Source of the DNA: Catajapyx aquilonaris
Lineage: Eukaryota
Direction of reading: 5' to 3'
Length of the DNA: 56,736 nucleotides
NCBI GenBank assembly: GCA_000934665.2
Contig: JYFJ02000610.1
Coordinates: forward strand, 62,001 to 118,736
Position 1 is the stretch's first letter. Each line of letters opens with the position of its first letter. The notes below the pieces were generated by a model. It ran no database searches. It had not been told where the DNA came from and saw only the letters and a list, made by a program, of their open reading frames with translations. A program made the position numbers and the translations under genes. This document shows, piece after piece, positions 26,317 to 37,800 of the stretch.

Positions 26317-28311
26317 ATGAAGGTTTTATTGTTGATCATCCTGTCCATACGTGTCACGATAAGTGTGGTGCCTGTGACCATCAAGGATTCGCAAAAACTG
26401 TCTGCACTATCATCATTCTTAAAACTAGCTCACAGCGAAAACCAAGAGTGCCTGCTGGTTCTAGGTCATGACTACACTATCCTTCCTTTAGAACTATCCA
26501 ATTTCCTCAAAGAAGTGTCCGGTCCTTTGAAGCGTCCCATATTACCGATCCGATGGAACCCAACCATACCTGAACCTCCGATCAACAATGGTAAGGACAA
26601 CAACTTTGAGTACTTCTTCTCCTGGCTGGAACGGAAAACGACAAAGGTGCTTGGTAACTGTCTGTTCATCGTGCTGATCAGTCATGATAATACTAACTTC
26701 AGAACCATTCTGAAGTATATGGCAAGTGTGGTGAAGATAGACACTCGTCGTGATCGGATCGCATATTTCAATCCAGATGCTGACCTATCTACGGCTTTGA
26801 TGGACACTGTTAATGATGTGGAGTTTGTGTACAAGATGGGGTTGGTATGGGACGAATCATCGAGGTCAATACAGATTAGGAACAAGTGTCACTTTTGTCA
26901 AGATGGATTCGCTAAGATCATGGAACGTGGGGTGTACCAAGAGGAACATGGTACGACCCCTGCTGACCTGGAGATCTACCCTGATTACACCCTGAACTGC
27001 TACAAAAGACACTACAACGTATCCTTCGTGATGGAAACAGGACCTGAGGATATCCGGTACTTCTTCGAGAACTACCTTCCGGTGTTTCCATACTGCTTCA
27101 TGTACCTGGATGCAGGTGACCACATGAACTTCGATTGGGAGTTCATCACACCTCCTGAAGTTGAAGGTGTTGAAGAAGAAACCCGGTTACCTGATGGCAA
27201 CTGGACCGGATTGGTTGGCGGCCTGCAACAAAGGAATGCTGAACTTACAGCATGTTACTGCACACCTGAACGTTTTGAAGTAGTGGATGTCCCCAGCTGT
27301 TTCATCAACGCACCAATAACATTTGTCATCAGGATGCCCAAACCACTGTTTTCATGGTCAGCAGTCTTCAAGCCATTCACCCCTGACATGTGGACAGCCG
27401 TCATATTCTCCGCTATTGTAACCACCATATTTTTCCTAGCCATCCTCAAGCTTCAGTATCCTATGGGACACCCTTTTCCTGAAGACCAACAGCCTCCTAG
27501 ATCTAACATCCTGTACTCCTTCCGGTTCATCTTCTCTGCCTTGATAGAGGAGAACCCTAATTTGATCCCAACACCTTCGTCACTCCGAGTATTGTTGTGT
27601 TTCTGGTGGCTCTTTGCTGATCTGATTGTCTGTGGGTACGAGGCCAAGTTCTTTGGCTTCCTGGTGTCTCCTGACCTGGAAGATCTTCCAGAAGATTTCA
27701 AGGCAATGTCCACCTGGAAAGGATGGGAATGGGGTGCTATGGATTTGATTGGAAAGCAGATGATGGCAGGTTTGGAACCATCGGAATTGGATTACCATAA
27801 GATCATATTGGCCCAAATGCAGGATGGGAAGGATATGACCGCATGTGTGAAGAGAACCATCAATGAAGACTTCAGCTGCATATCCGTCGCATCTCTTCTG
27901 TACGCTGTTGCATATCAGCGGATGGACTTGGATGGTGAGCTACCTGTCCAGGTGTCTGATGACCGCTCTTTAAATATGAATGCCGGAATTGCTGTGGTTA
28001 AATACTCGCTTATAGGTCCATCTATCCATAAGTATGTCCAGCGATGGTTTCAAGTAGGTATGGAGTTGATGTATTTCCATTACTTCAAAATGTCCATTGC
28101 TTTTGCGAGTTTGAAGGATGCCAGAGCTGAGAGACTGTCCTATAAGTTATCTATGGAGCTCAAGATTGACCAATTGAAAGGTCCATTGGCCATCTACATT
28201 GGGTTCATCTGTCTGTGCATCATATCATTTGTGTGTGAATTAGTTCACTTTCGCATGAAAAAGGAGAAGCGTCTGAATGATTCAGGCTCTGTAAAGATGA
28301 TTGAGCAGTAA
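26317..28311 (+). CDS. Divergent ionotropic receptor, intronless, 664 aa
   Basis: Same architecture, closest to the 21447 paralog. Retains the S1 arginine (TPERF). Confidence 0.92.
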   Translation: MKVLLLIILSIRVTISVVPVTIKDSQKLSALSSFLKLAHSENQECLLVLGHDYTILPLELSNFLKEVSGPLKRPILPIRWNPTIPEPPINNGKDNNFEYFFSWLERKTTKVLGNCLFIVLISHDNTNFRTILKYMASVVKIDTRRDRIAYFNPDADLSTALMDTVNDVEFVYKMGLVWDESSRSIQIRNKCHFCQDGFAKIMERGVYQEEHGTTPADLEIYPDYTLNCYKRHYNVSFVMETGPEDIRYFFENYLPVFPYCFMYLDAGDHMNFDWEFITPPEVEGVEEETRLPDGNWTGLVGGLQQRNAELTACYCTPERFEVVDVPSCFINAPITFVIRMPKPLFSWSAVFKPFTPDMWTAVIFSAIVTTIFFLAILKLQYPMGHPFPEDQQPPRSNILYSFRFIFSALIEENPNLIPTPSSLRVLLCFWWLFADLIVCGYEAKFFGFLVSPDLEDLPEDFKAMSTWKGWEWGAMDLIGKQMMAGLEPSELDYHKIILAQMQDGKDMTACVKRTINEDFSCISVASLLYAVAYQRMDLDGELPVQVSDDRSLNMNAGIAVVKYSLIGPSIHKYVQRWFQVGMELMYFHYFKMSIAFASLKDARAERLSYKLSMELKIDQLKGPLAIYIGFICLCIISFVCELVHFRMKKEKRLNDSGSVKMIEQ

Positions 28312-28477
28312 CGTCTGATCATATTGTCTTGTAGTGTGTATAGTGCTGTTTGTCGTAATGATCTGTGTGTGAAGTAGTACCGAGTTCACTAATAGTAAAT
28401 CTTGTCACATTGTATGTGATTTCATTGTTCAATTCAATATCATCATTGTCAGAAAATCTCTGCACTTACAACGTACA

Positions 28478-28920
28478 TAAGAGGCGCAAACATTCGATTC
28501 GCGCGTCTCTCTGTTTGGGGTGTTGCCAAGGCTGGCGGCCATTTTGAAACGGGGGCAACGCCAACGAGGTATAAATAGGGTACATGCAGATCGTAATAGT
28601 CCGCCATCTTTGATGGTTTTGGTCACCATGGCACTACACGGTAAGAACACGCGCGAATTTGCATATTTTTGCCGTACTTACGGAATTAATACGTAGAAAA
28701 TTGCAAGGAGCTCATACGGCAAAAATATTCAAATTGGCGCGTGTTCTTTCCGTGAATGGTCGCCAAAACCATCGAAGATGGCGGACCTTTACATCTTGCC
28801 TGTACCCTATTTATACCTCGTTGGCGTTGCCCCCGTTTCAAAATGGCCGCCAGCCATGGGAACGGTCCCAAACAGAGAGACGCGGACATCAAAGGCGCCG
28901 AAAGAAGTTTGCGCCTCTTA
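28478..28920. mobile_element. Foldback/TIR element upstream of PPO; related copy downstream at ~32430-32748
   Basis: TAAGAGGCGCAAA...TTTGCGCCTCTTA termini with long internal inverted arms. Confidence 0.75.
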
Positions 28921-29269
28921 TACGTATAGTATATGCTCCCTGATCCCGTACTGTACACATGTTATCTGTTCCTGTTTGATTGTAAACATGAAAAAAATAC
29001 AATAAAGGAAATAAATACCACAACAATGTCTTTAGTGGGGAAAACTTCGGATGCGGTAAAATCAGTTCCGGTGTTATCAAGGTAAGAGTTCCGTGAACTA
29101 TACCGGATACATATCCTGACCTATTACTAAGAACTGATAGATTGTGTTTTCTATATAGTTTGAAGGTAGCCGCTACTTCCTTCCTGGAATAATATTATTT
29201 AAAGCCATTCACATCCGTTCAGGTACACATACTGACACCGTACACCAGTACAGTCACTCAGCGACAACA

Positions 29270-32200
29270 ATGGTCAGCACAGCAGACAGACAGCAGGTGG
29301 TTCTGGGGATGCTGGAGAGGGTAGGAGAACCTCTCTTCTTCCCAAAGGACGATGGACGACTGGCATTCAATGTCCCCAACGAGCTTCTTGTAAGTACCAG
29401 TACCGGTCAACATCTCCGTTATTTCATCACATGTTTATCCACAGGTCGAGCGATTCCACGATATGGCACCAGGCATCCAACGCGAGTTGGGTCAGCAACA
29501 GCCAACAATGACCTACGACTTGGTACGTCGCCAACTGCCGGACCTGAAAGACATCTACGACATCCCAACGAACGCTCCGTGGTCCATATTCATCCCGAAG
29601 CATCGCCGTGCCGCGTACCGTCTGGTGGACCTCCTAGTCGGTATGTCCTGTACTCGATCTAATGGACACAATTTTAATAACAATGCAATGTCCCAAAAGG
29701 TGAACCGGACTTCAACGGGTTCGCCTCACTCTTGGGTGCCTGCCGAGACCGGATCAACTGTACGATGTTCGTGTACGCCTTGTGCGCCGCTACTTTGCGA
29801 CGTCCCGAACTCCGTGGTGTCCGACTGCCCCCGATCTGGGAGATCCTTCCGGACCACTTTCTGGACGCTGCAACCATAACCCGATGCCAACGTGAAGCAG
29901 GTCTGCCTTCCAGGTCCAGGACTTCCATCGTGATTCCCCCGCAGTTCACCAGCACCGACCTGAACCCCGAACAACGTGTGGCCTACTGGAGGGAGGACCT
30001 TGGTCTGAACGCACACCACTGGCACTGGCATCTTGTGTACCCTCTCAATGCACTGGATCGTGATCGGAAAGGAGAGCTGTTCTACTACATGCATCAGCAA
30101 ATCATTGCACGGTGAGATCTTGTTTAGACATGTCTGAACCTGTTCATGTTTAGACATGTTTTAGACATGTTCAGACTTGAAACTTGCTTAGACTTGTTCA
30201 GACTTGTTTATAAGGCACTTTTAGACCTGCCTAGACTTGTTTAAACTTGCTCAGACTTGTTTTGACTCGTTCAGACTCGTTCAGACCTGTTTTGACTCGT
30301 TCAGACTCGTTCAGACCTGTTTTGACTCGTTCAGACTCGTTCAGACCTGTTTATAAACAAGTCTGAACGAGTATGAGCCTGAACATGTCCATGAACATGT
30401 TCAGACTCGTTCAAACCTGTTTAGACTTGTTCAGACTCGTTCAGATTCGTTCAGACTTGTTTAGACCTGCTCAGACTGGTTTAGACCTGCTCAGACTTGT
30501 TTAGACCTGCTCAGACTGGTTTAGACCTGCTCAGACTAGTTTAGACCTGCTCAGACTAGTTTAGACCTGCTCAGACTAGTTCAGACTTATTCAGACTCGT
30601 TTAGACCGGTTTGGACATGGTCAGACTTGTTCAGACATGTTAGGAGGCTGGACGGCACAGTCTGTATGATACGGATGTTTTCTTTACATGTTGTCAGGTA
30701 TGACACGGAGCGACTGTGCACTGGACTGTACCGTGTACGTACCTTTCAAAACCTGAACGAACCAGTGGGAGAAGGTTACTTCCCCAAACTGACCCGTGAA
30801 AACTCAGGATTTGTTTGGGGTACCAGAGCGGACAATCAACGCATATCGGTATGTCCTGTCTGCTCGGTATACTTTCAGGTCTGTTTACAACTGGTTCTAT
30901 TTTAGGACGTAGTGAGGCCTGATTTTGACTACATCTTTACACTGGATGACATCCGTCGTTGGAGGGACCGCATCTACGAAGCGATACATCTTGGGTATGC
31001 GACTAGGGAATCGGGCGAACGTGTACCGCTGACTGAAGAACGTGGGATCGACGTACTTGGAGACATTGTCGAGGCCTCGGATCTAAATATCAACCCCAGT
31101 CTGTACGGGGACATGCACAACATGGGTCACATGGCGTTGGCCTTCTGCCACGATCCTGATGGACGTCACAGGGTACGTACCACTGATGTCCTAAAGACGA
31201 GACAATGCACTAACAGTGTTGTTACAGGAGCATATGGGCGTCATGGGTGACAACACTGCAACTCTACGTGACCCCGTGTTCTTCCGATGGCACAAGATGG
31301 TTGATGACGTCTTTCACGAGCACAAACGACGGTTGAGACCATACAACAACGAACAAGTAAGACATCAATTTCGACCGTACGGAGTATGACATGTATTAAT
31401 CTGTTGTATATACGCAGTTGGGATTCCCTGGTATCGAAGTGACCAGCCTGGAAGTACGGACACCGAACCGTCCTCCGAATGAGATGGTCACATTTTGGGA
31501 ACAACGTGAACTGGACGTGACACGAGGCTTGGACATGCGTCCGCTCGGTCGTGCAGGTCCGGTCAACGTCCGATTCACTCACATGCAACACGAACCTTTC
31601 ACATACCAGATCAACGTAAGTGACCTAGCTGGTTCTTTGCGGTATTCTCAGGTTAATGTCCCATTTGCAGGTACGTAACAACGGTCGTCAGACTGTAGAA
31701 GGTACCGTCCGCATATACATCTCTGTTCAACGTGGCGACAACGGACAACGTCTTCGTCTGCAGGAGCAACGTTTGATGTACCTCGAGCTTGACAAGTTCC
31801 AACAACGTCGTAAGTGCATTCGATGCGTGACCATACCAGACCACTAACAACCACTTTTTCAGTCCAACCCGGCAACAATGCAATAACCCGTCGATCAGAC
31901 CAGTCATCGTTGACCATCCCATTCGAGCAGACCTTCCGTGAAATCCGTGCCGGTGTACCATCCAATGCAACCCCCCTAGAGCCCGGTATGGGACTGACCC
32001 CTGAGCGAGAGTGGTGCTCCTGCGGATGGCCTGACCACCTCCTGATTCCCCGAGGCACCGAGAACGGCATGAACTTTGACCTGTTCGCCATGGTGTCCGA
32101 CTACCGGGATGACCAGGTCCAACTTCGCAACCGAGGCTCCACCTGCCGTGCAGCCGCCAGCTACTGCGGTCTCCGTGACGATCTGTACCCCGACCGACGA

Positions 32201-32329
32201 CCCATGGGTTACCCGTTCGACAGACCCGTACCGTCCGGTATCAACACCATCAGGGACTACGGACTGGGGAACATGCGTGTCACCGAAGTACGAATCCAGC
32301 ATGAGAATCGCACCGTCTCCCGCGTCTAA
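29270..32329 (+). CDS. PPO: Prophenoloxidase (hemocyanin superfamily, 692 aa); exons 29270-29389, 29445-29640, 29700-30111, 30698-30848, 30906-31172, 31228-31356, 31418-31615, 31671-31809, 31863-32329
   Basis: CuA AHHWHWH...FYYMHQQ, CuB MHNMGH...FFRWHK, motifs CSCGWPDHLLIPRG and YPDRRPMGYPFDR. No signal peptide, with a PPO-type N-terminus (LERVGEPLFFPK). The exon sum of 2079 nt is in frame. Confidence 0.9.
30115..30640. repeat. 10/20-bp unit minisatellite in PPO intron 3
   Basis: TTCAGACTCG/TTTAGACCTG variants in tandem, with a short inverted patch at ~30355-30395. Confidence 0.9.
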
Positions 32330-33309
32330 AGTAGCGAAATATATAAATAAAGTAAAATTTTAAGCGTGACAGCAACCCTCTCCCACTGTCACGGGCTGTC
32401 ACCCCCTATGTCACACCCCGTAACCCCCAGAGTCGCAAACTTCTGTCGGCGCCTTTGAGGCTTTGATGTTCGCGTCTCTCTGTTTGGGGCCGTTGCCAAG
32501 GCTGGCGGCCATTTTGAAGTGTGGGTAACGCCAACGAGGTATAAATAGGGTACAGTCAAAAATAAGGTCCGCCATCTTTGATGGTTTTGGCGGCCATGGC
32601 AACTACACGGCCAGAATCAAATATGTCGGACCCTATTTTTGCCTGTACCCTATTTATACCTCCTTGGCGTTGCCCACACTTCAAAATGGCCGCCAGCCTT
32701 GGCAGCGCCCCAAACAGAGAGCCCCAAATCGAATTTTTGCGCCTCTTGAATAAATAAAGTAAATTTTTAAACGTGACAGCAACCCTCTCCCTATGTCACG
32801 GTCTGTCACCCACCATGTCACACCCCGGCCACGCCCCTGTCATACGCTTTTGCTGTTATAACTAGCCATATTATTAATAAACTATACGTTTTAACCTGTT
32901 TTAACCCCACTTGATGTGCCGTACATTTTTATTCTTAAACTTTTTTTATTAACACAACCCTGGCCCACTCCCTGTGCGCAGACACAACCCTCCTCGGCCT
33001 ACTCTCCGCTCTGGTGGCATCGCTTTCTGGTCAATCGATGGTGAGCTCCGTTCCCTTTCGCCCTTCGACCTTCGACCTGACCCCCGCTCGGCCAAAGCAG
33101 GTAAGACCCACGCTCTCTCTCCAGGCGTCACTCCACCCCCAGTGCACGACCCCAGGGCGGCCCACGGCCTGCCCCACAGCCACCCCCCCGAGGCTAGGCC
33201 TAGCCGGCCAACCGACGCCGCTTTGTCCGGGGAGGGCCTGTTTCTAAAGGCACCTTCTGTGGGTTTCAGATCTGAGGTGTGCAGAGCCAGGTTCAAAGCG
33301 GTACCCAAG

Positions 33310-34647
33310 ATGGCAGGAGAACAGCAACAGTTCTGCCTGAAATGGAACGACTTCCAGTCCAACATGGTGACTTCCTTCAAGCACCTCAGGGACGAGCGGA
33401 GCTTCACCGATGTCACCCTGGCCTGTGAGGGACAGACGTGCAAGGCGCACAAGATGGTGCTGTCCGCATGCAGCCCGTACTTCAAGGTATGCAGGTTGCG
33501 GAGGATGGTTTTTAGACTTTCTCATTGGCTGCGTCTGTCCGTGGACAGGTATCAGGGGCTATAGGCCCATACACACAGACGGTTGACGGTTTTGGTCGTG
33601 TTGATGCCGCGGACCAATCATGACTCATGTAAACTAGCTCAACGCTTGTGTTGCGCTTGTGTTGCGCGGCGTCGACGCGACCAAAGACCAAATCCGTCAA
33701 CCGCCTGTGTATGGGCCTTACTGTAAGAGATAGCGGAAAACGGTTTCCGGATTCGGCATGGGACCGTAAATAGATTTACGGTCAACTTCTGGTTGTCCGG
33801 GTTCACTCCGCCAAGGTCAATTTACAGACGGGTATCCTTGGGTGCATGGCAGAAATAGATTGTCAGCCTCAAGCCATAGTGCGTTTACATGAGAACGATT
33901 TGACGAACGAAGTCTTTGCCGAGCAATAACATCGCCGAGTAACCAGTATTGTTTTAGGTGAAAGTAACAATAGATTTTTGCCTCCAACATTACTGGTTAC
34001 TCAGAGTTATCGCCCGGCGATAGCATCGCGCGATCAAATCGCAGACATGTAAACGCCGCTTTACATGCGAGCGATTTATCAGCATCAGACAGTCCCGGTA
34101 AAGTTGGAGACACTTCTGTGACCTTGATCCGACTGAAATTAATGGATTCTATTTGGGCCGAGTTAGCTGCTTTAGGCATGTGTTCGTGTGTTTTTTACCA
34201 TATATTTTATACCGTATTGTCGGGAATGGCAGAGCCCCCTGCTGGAGGGGAGGGCCTGCTGTCTCCCAACTTTATGGTCGGGGCTGTACATCGCCAAGCA
34301 AAAGTAACTATTGGTCTCATTGCTGATAAATCGCATGCATGTAAATCCAGCTTCATTCCCTGCTGCCCAATGAGAAAAAGTCTACTCTAATCGTGCTAGC
34401 TTGATTTTCCAATCATGTTTAACACACACTGTTTGCACAGGCCCTGTTGGAGGAGAACCCCTCGAAGCACCCGATCATTATTCTGAAGGACGTACCGTTC
34501 AACCACCTGCAGTCCATCCTGGAGTTCATGTACGCAGGAGAGGTCAACGTGGCTCAGGAGGAACTAGCCTCGTTCCTGAAGACTGCGGAGCGGCTGAAGG
34601 TCAAGGGACTGGCCGAGGCCCCACAGGCCATTAAGCGAGAGGGATAA
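33310..34647 (+). CDS. lolal: BTB-only protein Longitudinals lacking-like (Batman), 127 aa; exons 33310-33486, 34441-34647; 5' UTR intron 33101-33269
   Basis: QQFCLKWNDFQSNMVTSFKHLRDERSFTDVTLACEGQTCKAHKMVLSACSPYFKALLEENPSKHPIIILKD...KVKGLAE...IKREG* matches Lolal in sequence and length. Confidence 0.96.
33563..33718. mobile_element. PIF/Harbinger-like MITE in the lolal intron
   Basis: GGCCCATACAC...GTGTATGGGCC TIRs with TA-rich flanks. Confidence 0.7.
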
Positions 34648-34832
34648 CTCCGTTGCATCTTTTCTTTCCCTTTTTTTTTTCAGATGTCAGTTCAGGGAAA
34701 TTAAGGGCGACGATTACATAAAGTGAGACTTTGCGTTTGGTCTTATTTGTTTTTAATAAGTGAAGACGAAACATCAGCATTTTTTTTTTTGAAACGATAG
34801 TGTTAGTCCGATAAGTGTTTGTTTTTTTTGCG

Positions 34833-37800
34833 ATGAGGCGGTCGAGGAAAAGACGGTCGAGTGAAGATGAGTACGGTGGTGGCCCGGATTTCAGTTTTGA
34901 GTTGTTCCGATCAGACTTGAATCGGATGTTTTTCCGGGATCGGGATGTCATCCGGGCTGACACACCCGAGTATGAGAACTTCTGGACTTTCCTGCACAAG
35001 TATCTGGAGATGGAGAAGAAGAGTGAGGGGAGACGGGGTGGAGGAGGGTCCAGCCACCACTCTAAAGGTTAATTTCAGTTGACAAATTCTTTTTTCCTTT
35101 TTAAAAAGTGTCGCGTGAGTTTGGGGTCAAGTGTGGATGTGGTAGGAAATAAAATCATGGAAAATTGTGCCCTGTTGTTGTTTTTTGTCATGGCCAAATC
35201 TCTATCACGTAATTGACGGAAACTGATGTACCACGTACGTGCAGCTGTAAAATACCTGGCAATACCGATTAATGTTGATTAACTATGCATAAATCACATA
35301 TTGCAGCCTTAAAACTGGACATGTTTTCATTAAGTTCGGAAAATCTGTCATGTGAATCGGACTCGAGTGACGTCCGATAGTCGACGACAGTGCATGATTT
35401 ATTATCGGTTTTAGTTTACATTTCAAGTAGCGGGGTATTTCCTAGTGAAACATTTGGTTACGCTACTGAAACCTCGTCGATTTTGAAAATTAATTGCTGT
35501 TTTATTTTTCCCTGAATTTAAAATGTATAATTCTTTAAAAGGTATTCACATTCGCAGCAATTACTGTCTGACTGGAATTGAAGCTTTGCAAATAAAACTG
35601 AGAGTTTGGTTCATATTTTGTTTTTATGTGATTAGCGTCCCAGATCCTGCAAAGTTAACATTAGTTTCCACGTACACGTTGCACCTGGCACTGACACTGG
35701 TTGTTAACGCAGGTGGTTCCGGCACCCTGAACATTCCGCACACGTATGACAAGCGACACTGCATCAACTTTTCCCTTTCGACGGGAAGCAACGAGGAGCT
35801 ACTGAGCCGACTACCACCGAAAGACGAAGGGGAGAGGAAAATTCCGTTGCAGAAACTGGAGTCGTTCAAGCACATCCTCGCTGTGTACCTGGATTTTTTG
35901 CAGAAGGAGAAGTTCGCAAAGTTGTCGAAACTCAGGAGGAGTCAAGCCAACCTTCCCATCGCTCAATTCAGGTTAGTATGGGTCAGGTTATGCGACTGGT
36001 TGAGTCAGATTGTTAATCCGCAGGGATGAGATTGTGACCGCTGTGAGTACGAAGCGGGTCGTGATAATAGCTGGCGACACGGGTTGTGGAAAGTCGACTC
36101 AAGTGCCGCAGTACCTCCTCAGAGCTGGGTTCAAGCGGATTGGTAAGTCGGTGACAATTTGTTTGACGTAAGCTACTAATGCAACAAAATGCTTCCGAAG
36201 CTTGCACTCAGCCGAGGCGGATCGCCTGCATTGCCCTGACCAAGCGAGTGGCCTACGAGACCCTCAACGAGTTTGGCTCTGAGATTGGCTACCAGATTCG
36301 GTTTGAGAGACGGAAGACCCAGCACACCAGGATGCTCTTTCTGACGGAAGGACTTCTTTTGAGACAGGTTATTCGGACACTACTGGATCCCATAACAGAT
36401 TTGGTTACGTCATTTTTATTATCAGGTGTCGAGCGACTCGATGCTGTCGAACTATGATGTGGTGGTCCTTGATGAGGTTCATGAGCGCCACCTTCATGGC
36501 GATTTCCTCCTGGGCATCATGAAGTGCTTGGTTCGCCAGAGGGAGGACGTCCGAATCGTTCTCATGTCCGCCACCATTAACATCCCCCTTTTTCAAAATT
36601 ATTTTGGCGGACAGGCACCCGTATTACAGGCAAGTATCGCTCTGTGTCAGACTCGGGCTACACTCATCGCTGCATTTTTAGGTACCTGGCCGGCTGTTCC
36701 CCATCCGCGTTCAGTACCGCCCAATCTCAGCAGTGGAGCTGTCGAGCAAATCTGGCCGAATCAACCCTGCCCCATACGTGCGCATAATGCAGTTAGTGGA
36801 CTCCAAGTACCCACAGGACGAGCGGGGAGACCTTCTGGTATTTTTGAGTGGTGCCACGGAGATCTCCATTGTAGTGGAAGCGGCCAAGGAGTACGCGAAA
36901 CACACAGGCCGCTGGGTGATTCTTCCCCTGCATTCCACCCTGTCCGTCCAGGAGCAGGATCGGGTGTTTGACTACCCCCCAGAAGGTGTTAGGAAATGTG
37001 TTGTAGCCACCAATATTGCTGAGACTTCCGTCACAATAGATGGAGTCAGATTTGTTGCTGATTCTGGGAAGATGAAGGAGATGACCTACGACCCTGAGTC
37101 GAGGATGCAGAGACTAAAGGAGTTTTGGGTCAGCCAAGCAAGTGCGGAACAGAGGAAGGGAAGGGCAGGTCGCACAGGTCCCGGAGTATGCTTTAGGCTG
37201 TACTCCGAAGCAGACTACCAGGCAATGAACGCGTACTCGATGGCCGAGATCCACCGAGTACCTCTGGACTCTCTAGTTCTCCAAATGCTGTCCATGGGTC
37301 TTCCTGACGCACGCAAGTTCCCTTTCATCGAGTCGCCTGGAGAGGGTGGGGACGGAGTCGAGAAGGCCCTGGCATCCCTGAAGGAGCAAGTGTGCATTAC
37401 CATGGAGGACGCAGGGGAAACGCAAGGACTGACCCCATTGGGAAGAGCATTGGCTCGACTGCCTGTTGACGTTGGGGTTGGGAAGATGCTGGTCATGGGC
37501 TCCATCTTCAGACAAGGAGAAGCTGTCATGGCCGTTGCGGCTGCTCTCAGTGTGCAGACGCCATTCACCAACAGGGCGTACAGAGACACTGACTGCATGG
37601 TAAGTGCACGTAACTTCATTCATGAATACCGTCTAATGTCACCCTGGCATTTCAGGCTGCAAGGAAATCCCTGGAGTCTGATCACGGCGATCCGATCACT
37701 TTGTTCAATGCTTTCCAAGGCTGGCTGCAGGTGAAGGCCGACCCCAGAGGAAACTCCAGGAGATGGTGTCGTCACAGGGGACTTGAAGAGCAGAGATTCT

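Noticed and set aside
30115..30640. Possible CRISPR-like array
   Set aside because: It has degenerate 10-bp tandem units with no unique spacers and lies inside a eukaryotic intron.
29270..32329. Hemocyanin or hexamerin assignment
   Set aside because: All six copper histidines are present, which excludes hexamerin. No signal peptide and a PPO-type N-terminus favour PPO, though a phylogeny would be needed to be decisive.
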